The translations under genes were made by a program, and so were the position numbers. From an uncultured delta proteobacterium (lineage in GTDB: Bacteria > Myxococcota_A > UBA9160 > SMWR01), in the NCBI GenBank assembly GCA_963832165.1, contig CAWHTE010000011.1, positions 128,001-192,000 on the forward strand: a stretch of 64,000 nucleotides of DNA, read 5' to 3'. Of this stretch, positions 61,256 to 64,000 are shown piece by piece. Position 1 is the first letter of the stretch. Each line of letters opens with the position of its first letter. The notes beneath the pieces are model-generated. The model saw only the letters and a program-made list of their open reading frames with translations. It was not told where the DNA came from and made no database searches.

Positions 61256-62340
61256 CAGCGCGCTCCTGCAACGCGCATGGACGGCACGAGCGCGCGGCCG
61301 TGCATGGCGCCGGCGATCTGGGTGAGCGGCAGCACGGCGTCGGCGAGGCCCGCTTTTGCGACCGAGCCGGGCATTCCCCAGATCGCGCTCGACGCCTCGT
61401 CCTGCACCAGCACCTGGCCGCCCGCGGCGCGGATCTGCTGGCAGCCGCGCATCCCGTCGCTGCCCATGCCCGTGAGCACGACCGCGAGCACACCGGCTCC
61501 GCAGACGGCGGCGGCGGAGCGGAACAAGACATCGACTGCGGGGCGGCAGGCGTTCTCGGGAGCGTCCTGGTTCAGGCGCACCACGAGACCTTCGGCGCCG
61601 CGCGCCACGATGAGGTGGTAGTCGCCCGGCGCGACCCAGACCTCTCCCGCGCGAACGCGTGCGCCGTGCTCCGCCTCGCGCGCGCGCAGCGTGGTGCGCT
61701 CGTCGAGGCGCTCCGCGAACAGACGCGTGAACGGCTGCGGCATGTGTTGTGCGATCAGGATCGGTACGGGGAAGGAGCCCGGCAGCGCGATCAGCAGATC
61801 CTCGAGCGCGTTCGGGCCTCCCGTCGAGGCGCCGATCACCACGAGCTCCACCATCGCGGGGGCGAAGCCGGACGGACGCAACGTCGGAAGCGGCAGCGCT
61901 GGGGCCAGCGCTTCGCGCGCGGGCGCCGCGCGCCGCCCCACGAGCGCCTTGATCTTCGCGAGCAGCTCCGTGCGCACGCGATCGACCGAGACGACTTCGG
62001 CGCCGACCCGAGTCGGCTTGGTGACGTAGTCGCTTGCACCCGCGCTCAGCGCCTCGAGCGTGAGCTCTCCCGCGCGCTCGGTGAGGGCGGAGAAGATCAG
62101 CACGGGAAGCCGTGGCCGGAGCTTGCGGAGCTCGCGCAGCGTCTCGAGGCCGTCCATGCCGGGCATCTCGAGATCGAGCAGCACGAGGTCGGGCTCGTCG
62201 CGCGCGATCTTGTCGAGCGCGCTGCGCCCGTCGCTCGCGCTCCCGATCACATCGAGATCGGGGTCCGCCGAGAGCGTCTGAGCGACGATGCGCCGCACGA
62301 CGACGGAGTCGTCGACGATGAGGACGCGCGCCCGGGGCAT
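61255..62340 (-). CDS. cheB: Chemotaxis response regulator methylesterase CheB
   Basis: REC domain; GASTGG, QHMP, RPAVD, LTGMGSDG. Confidence 0.96.
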   Translation of the reverse strand: MPRARVLIVDDSVVVRRIVAQTLSADPDLDVIGSASDGRSALDKIARDEPDLVLLDLEMPGMDGLETLRELRKLRPRLPVLIFSALTERAGELTLEALSAGASDYVTKPTRVGAEVVSVDRVRTELLAKIKALVGRRAAPAREALAPALPLPTLRPSGFAPAMVELVVIGASTGGPNALEDLLIALPGSFPVPILIAQHMPQPFTRLFAERLDERTTLRAREAEHGARVRAGEVWVAPGDYHLIVARGAEGLVVRLNQDAPENACRPAVDVLFRSAAAVCGAGVLAVVLTGMGSDGMRGCQQIRAAGGQVLVQDEASSAIWGMPGSVAKAGLADAVLPLTQIAGAMHGRALVPSMRVAGAR

Positions 62341-62342
62341 CG

Positions 62343-62732
62343 CTATCGGATCCGGAACCCGAGCAGCGCGAGCTTTTCCACCACCATTTCGCGGGTGAAC
62401 GGCTTCATCAGATACTCGTTGACGCCGGCGGACAGCGCGGCCGCGATCCGGTCCTTGAGCCGCTCCGTCGTCATCATGAGGATCGGAAGATCTGCGTAGC
62501 GTTCGTCCCGGCGCAGCGCGCGCGCGGTTTCCAGTCCGTCCAGCACGGGCATGTTCCAGTCGAGGATGGCGAGCGCGGGGCACCCGAGGTCGTGCAGGCA
62601 CGCGAGCGCCTCCTCGCCGTTCGCGGCCTCTTCGACCGCGAAGCCGCAATCGCGCAGAATGCTCGCCACGATCCGGCGCGTCGGCGCCGAATCCTCCGCG
62701 ACCACCACCCAGCCGCAGCGATCGTTTTCCAT
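62343..62732 (-). CDS. cheY: CheY-like response regulator
   Basis: ED, DWNMP, MTT, KPFT. Confidence 0.88.
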   Translation of the reverse strand: MENDRCGWVVVAEDSAPTRRIVASILRDCGFAVEEAANGEEALACLHDLGCPALAILDWNMPVLDGLETARALRRDERYADLPILMMTTERLKDRIAAALSAGVNEYLMKPFTREMVVEKLALLGFRIR

Positions 62733-63064
62733 CACGCGTTCGCGTGAGCCGGGCAACGGCCGGCCAGCGGACGCGCCTCGTCGGCGCCATACACCTCGTG
62801 GTGCGGCCGGGCTGCGAGAATGCCGCTCGTACCCCAGTTCGTGACCTGGCGGAACGCGTCCGATCCCACGAACGCGTCGAAGCCCGCGCGGTTGCGCCAC
62901 TCCGAAACCACCAGGTACGACCGGCGGTCCGTGACGTCGTGGTAGAGCCGCGTGCGCACGTGATCCGGCATCGAGGCCATCGCCTCGACGACGAGCGCGA
63001 ACTTCTTCTCGAAGGGCTCGTTCTTGCCCTCGATCACCTCGTAGTTCATTCCAACCGTGACCAT
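62732..63064 (-). CDS. Antibiotic biosynthesis monooxygenase (ABM) domain protein
   Basis: Dimeric alpha/beta barrel pattern: YLVVSEW, FDAFVGSDAF. Confidence 0.8.
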   Translation of the reverse strand: MVTVGMNYEVIEGKNEPFEKKFALVVEAMASMPDHVRTRLYHDVTDRRSYLVVSEWRNRAGFDAFVGSDAFRQVTNWGTSGILAARPHHEVYGADEARPLAGRCPAHANA

Positions 63065-63083
63065 GATGGACTCCTTGTCGTGG

Positions 63084-64000
63084 TTATTCGAGCCAGACGC
63101 GAATTCGCTTCTCGGATTCGTCGAGCACGAAGAGCTCGCCCGGCGCGAACTCGTCGCGGACGGCGCCGCGCGCGATCTCTCCCACGTCGATCCCGCGCTC
63201 GGCCAGCCTGGGAGCGAGCTCGTCGGGGATGATGTCTGCGAGGTTCTCCGCCACGGCGGCGCGGAACGTGAGATCGACCTTCGTTCGCTCCGACTCGGAG
63301 ACGCGGATGCGGAGCGCGTTTGCCTTCATCTTCTTCTCCTCCAGGCGCGTGGCCGCGGCGCTGCTCGGCACCTCGGGCTCGGCGAGACCGTCCAGGGCCT
63401 CGTCGAGCAACTCGGGCCACACGAGCTGCGCATCGAGCGCCTCGAGGTAGCCGAGCAGGCCGCGATACGCGCGCATGAGCCAGAGCAGGTCGGGCGGTCC
63501 CGCGAGCCGGAAGTTCCAGCGCAGCTCGCCGAGCGTCTCGGAGAGCCGCTCGGCCGTGCGCGCGCCGCGCAGGTCGTAGGGCTCGCGGTTGCAGAACGGC
63601 TCGAACAGGATCTCTGCGAGCGCGGGCAACGAGTCCGCGATCGGCTCGAGCAGGTCGGCGTTGAACCCCATCGCCACGAAGCCGTCGAGCACCTCGCGCG
63701 CGGGTGCGCGCGCGCCGTCGCGCTGCGCGCCGCGGATCAGCGAGCGCAGCCCCGCGACGAAGCCCGGCGACAGCTCCTTCACGCAGCCGAAGTCGAGCAG
63801 GCCGACGCGGTAGCCCTCGGGTCCGCGCGGGAAGCGGTAGTTGCCCGGATGCGGGTCGGTGTGCACGAGCCCGTACCTGAAGCAGCCCGCGAGAAAGAAC
63901 CGCGCGAGCGTATGCGCGACGCTCGCACGGTCTGCCGGTGAGCTCTCGCGCAGCTCCGCGAAGCGCGCGCCGCCCATCCAGCTCATCACGATCACGCGCT
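63084..64000 (-). CDS. ABC1/AarF/UbiB atypical kinase (5' end outside the window)
   Basis: IVMSW, HTDPHPGN, LLDFGCV. Confidence 0.88.
   Translation of the reverse strand, partial: RVIVMSWMGGARFAELRESSPADRASVAHTLARFFLAGCFRYGLVHTDPHPGNYRFPRGPEGYRVGLLDFGCVKELSPGFVAGLRSLIRGAQRDGARAPAREVLDGFVAMGFNADLLEPIADSLPALAEILFEPFCNREPYDLRGARTAERLSETLGELRWNFRLAGPPDLLWLMRAYRGLLGYLEALDAQLVWPELLDEALDGLAEPEVPSSAAATRLEEKKMKANALRIRVSESERTKVDLTFRAAVAENLADIIPDELAPRLAERGIDVGEIARGAVRDEFAPGELFVLDESEKRIRVWLE

Overview
This is a very GC-rich bacterial chromosomal window. Gene content (spdEFG1-type fusA, PEP-CTERM proteins, a Myxococcota-style HUH transposase) suggests Myxococcota/Deltaproteobacteria; this is an inference. 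It holds about 70 densely packed CDS. These include an amidoligase cluster (C39-like peptidase, RLAN-RimK, GCS2 ligase, N-formylglutamate amidohydrolase, MgtE, divergent ATP-grasp), infA, an HUH/Y1 (RAYT-like) transposase coupled to an L,D-transpeptidase, fusA, an ArsS/DedA/flavin-disulfide reductase cluster, ABC transporters, lpxA, gltA, an M16 peptidase pair and rmuC. It also holds a TetR-controlled diiron/PQQ-ADH/P450 cluster and a cheY-cheB-cheR module flanked by an ABM monooxygenase and a Rieske ferredoxin. No tRNA, rRNA or CRISPR array was recognised. The most striking unexplained structure is a two-part family of short DNA hairpin elements. (A) Three GTAG-type REPs all lie between convergent genes. 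(B) A ~41-nt element, stop-free in all six frames, is built on a GC-GA-GCC-GAA-GGC-GA-GC hairpin. It is always co-oriented with its host gene, sits inside or at the ends of coding sequences, and has twice inserted into an older copy of itself with a net +42 nt. Several frameshifts suggest either pseudogenes or assembly indels, so single-base conclusions need read-level checks.
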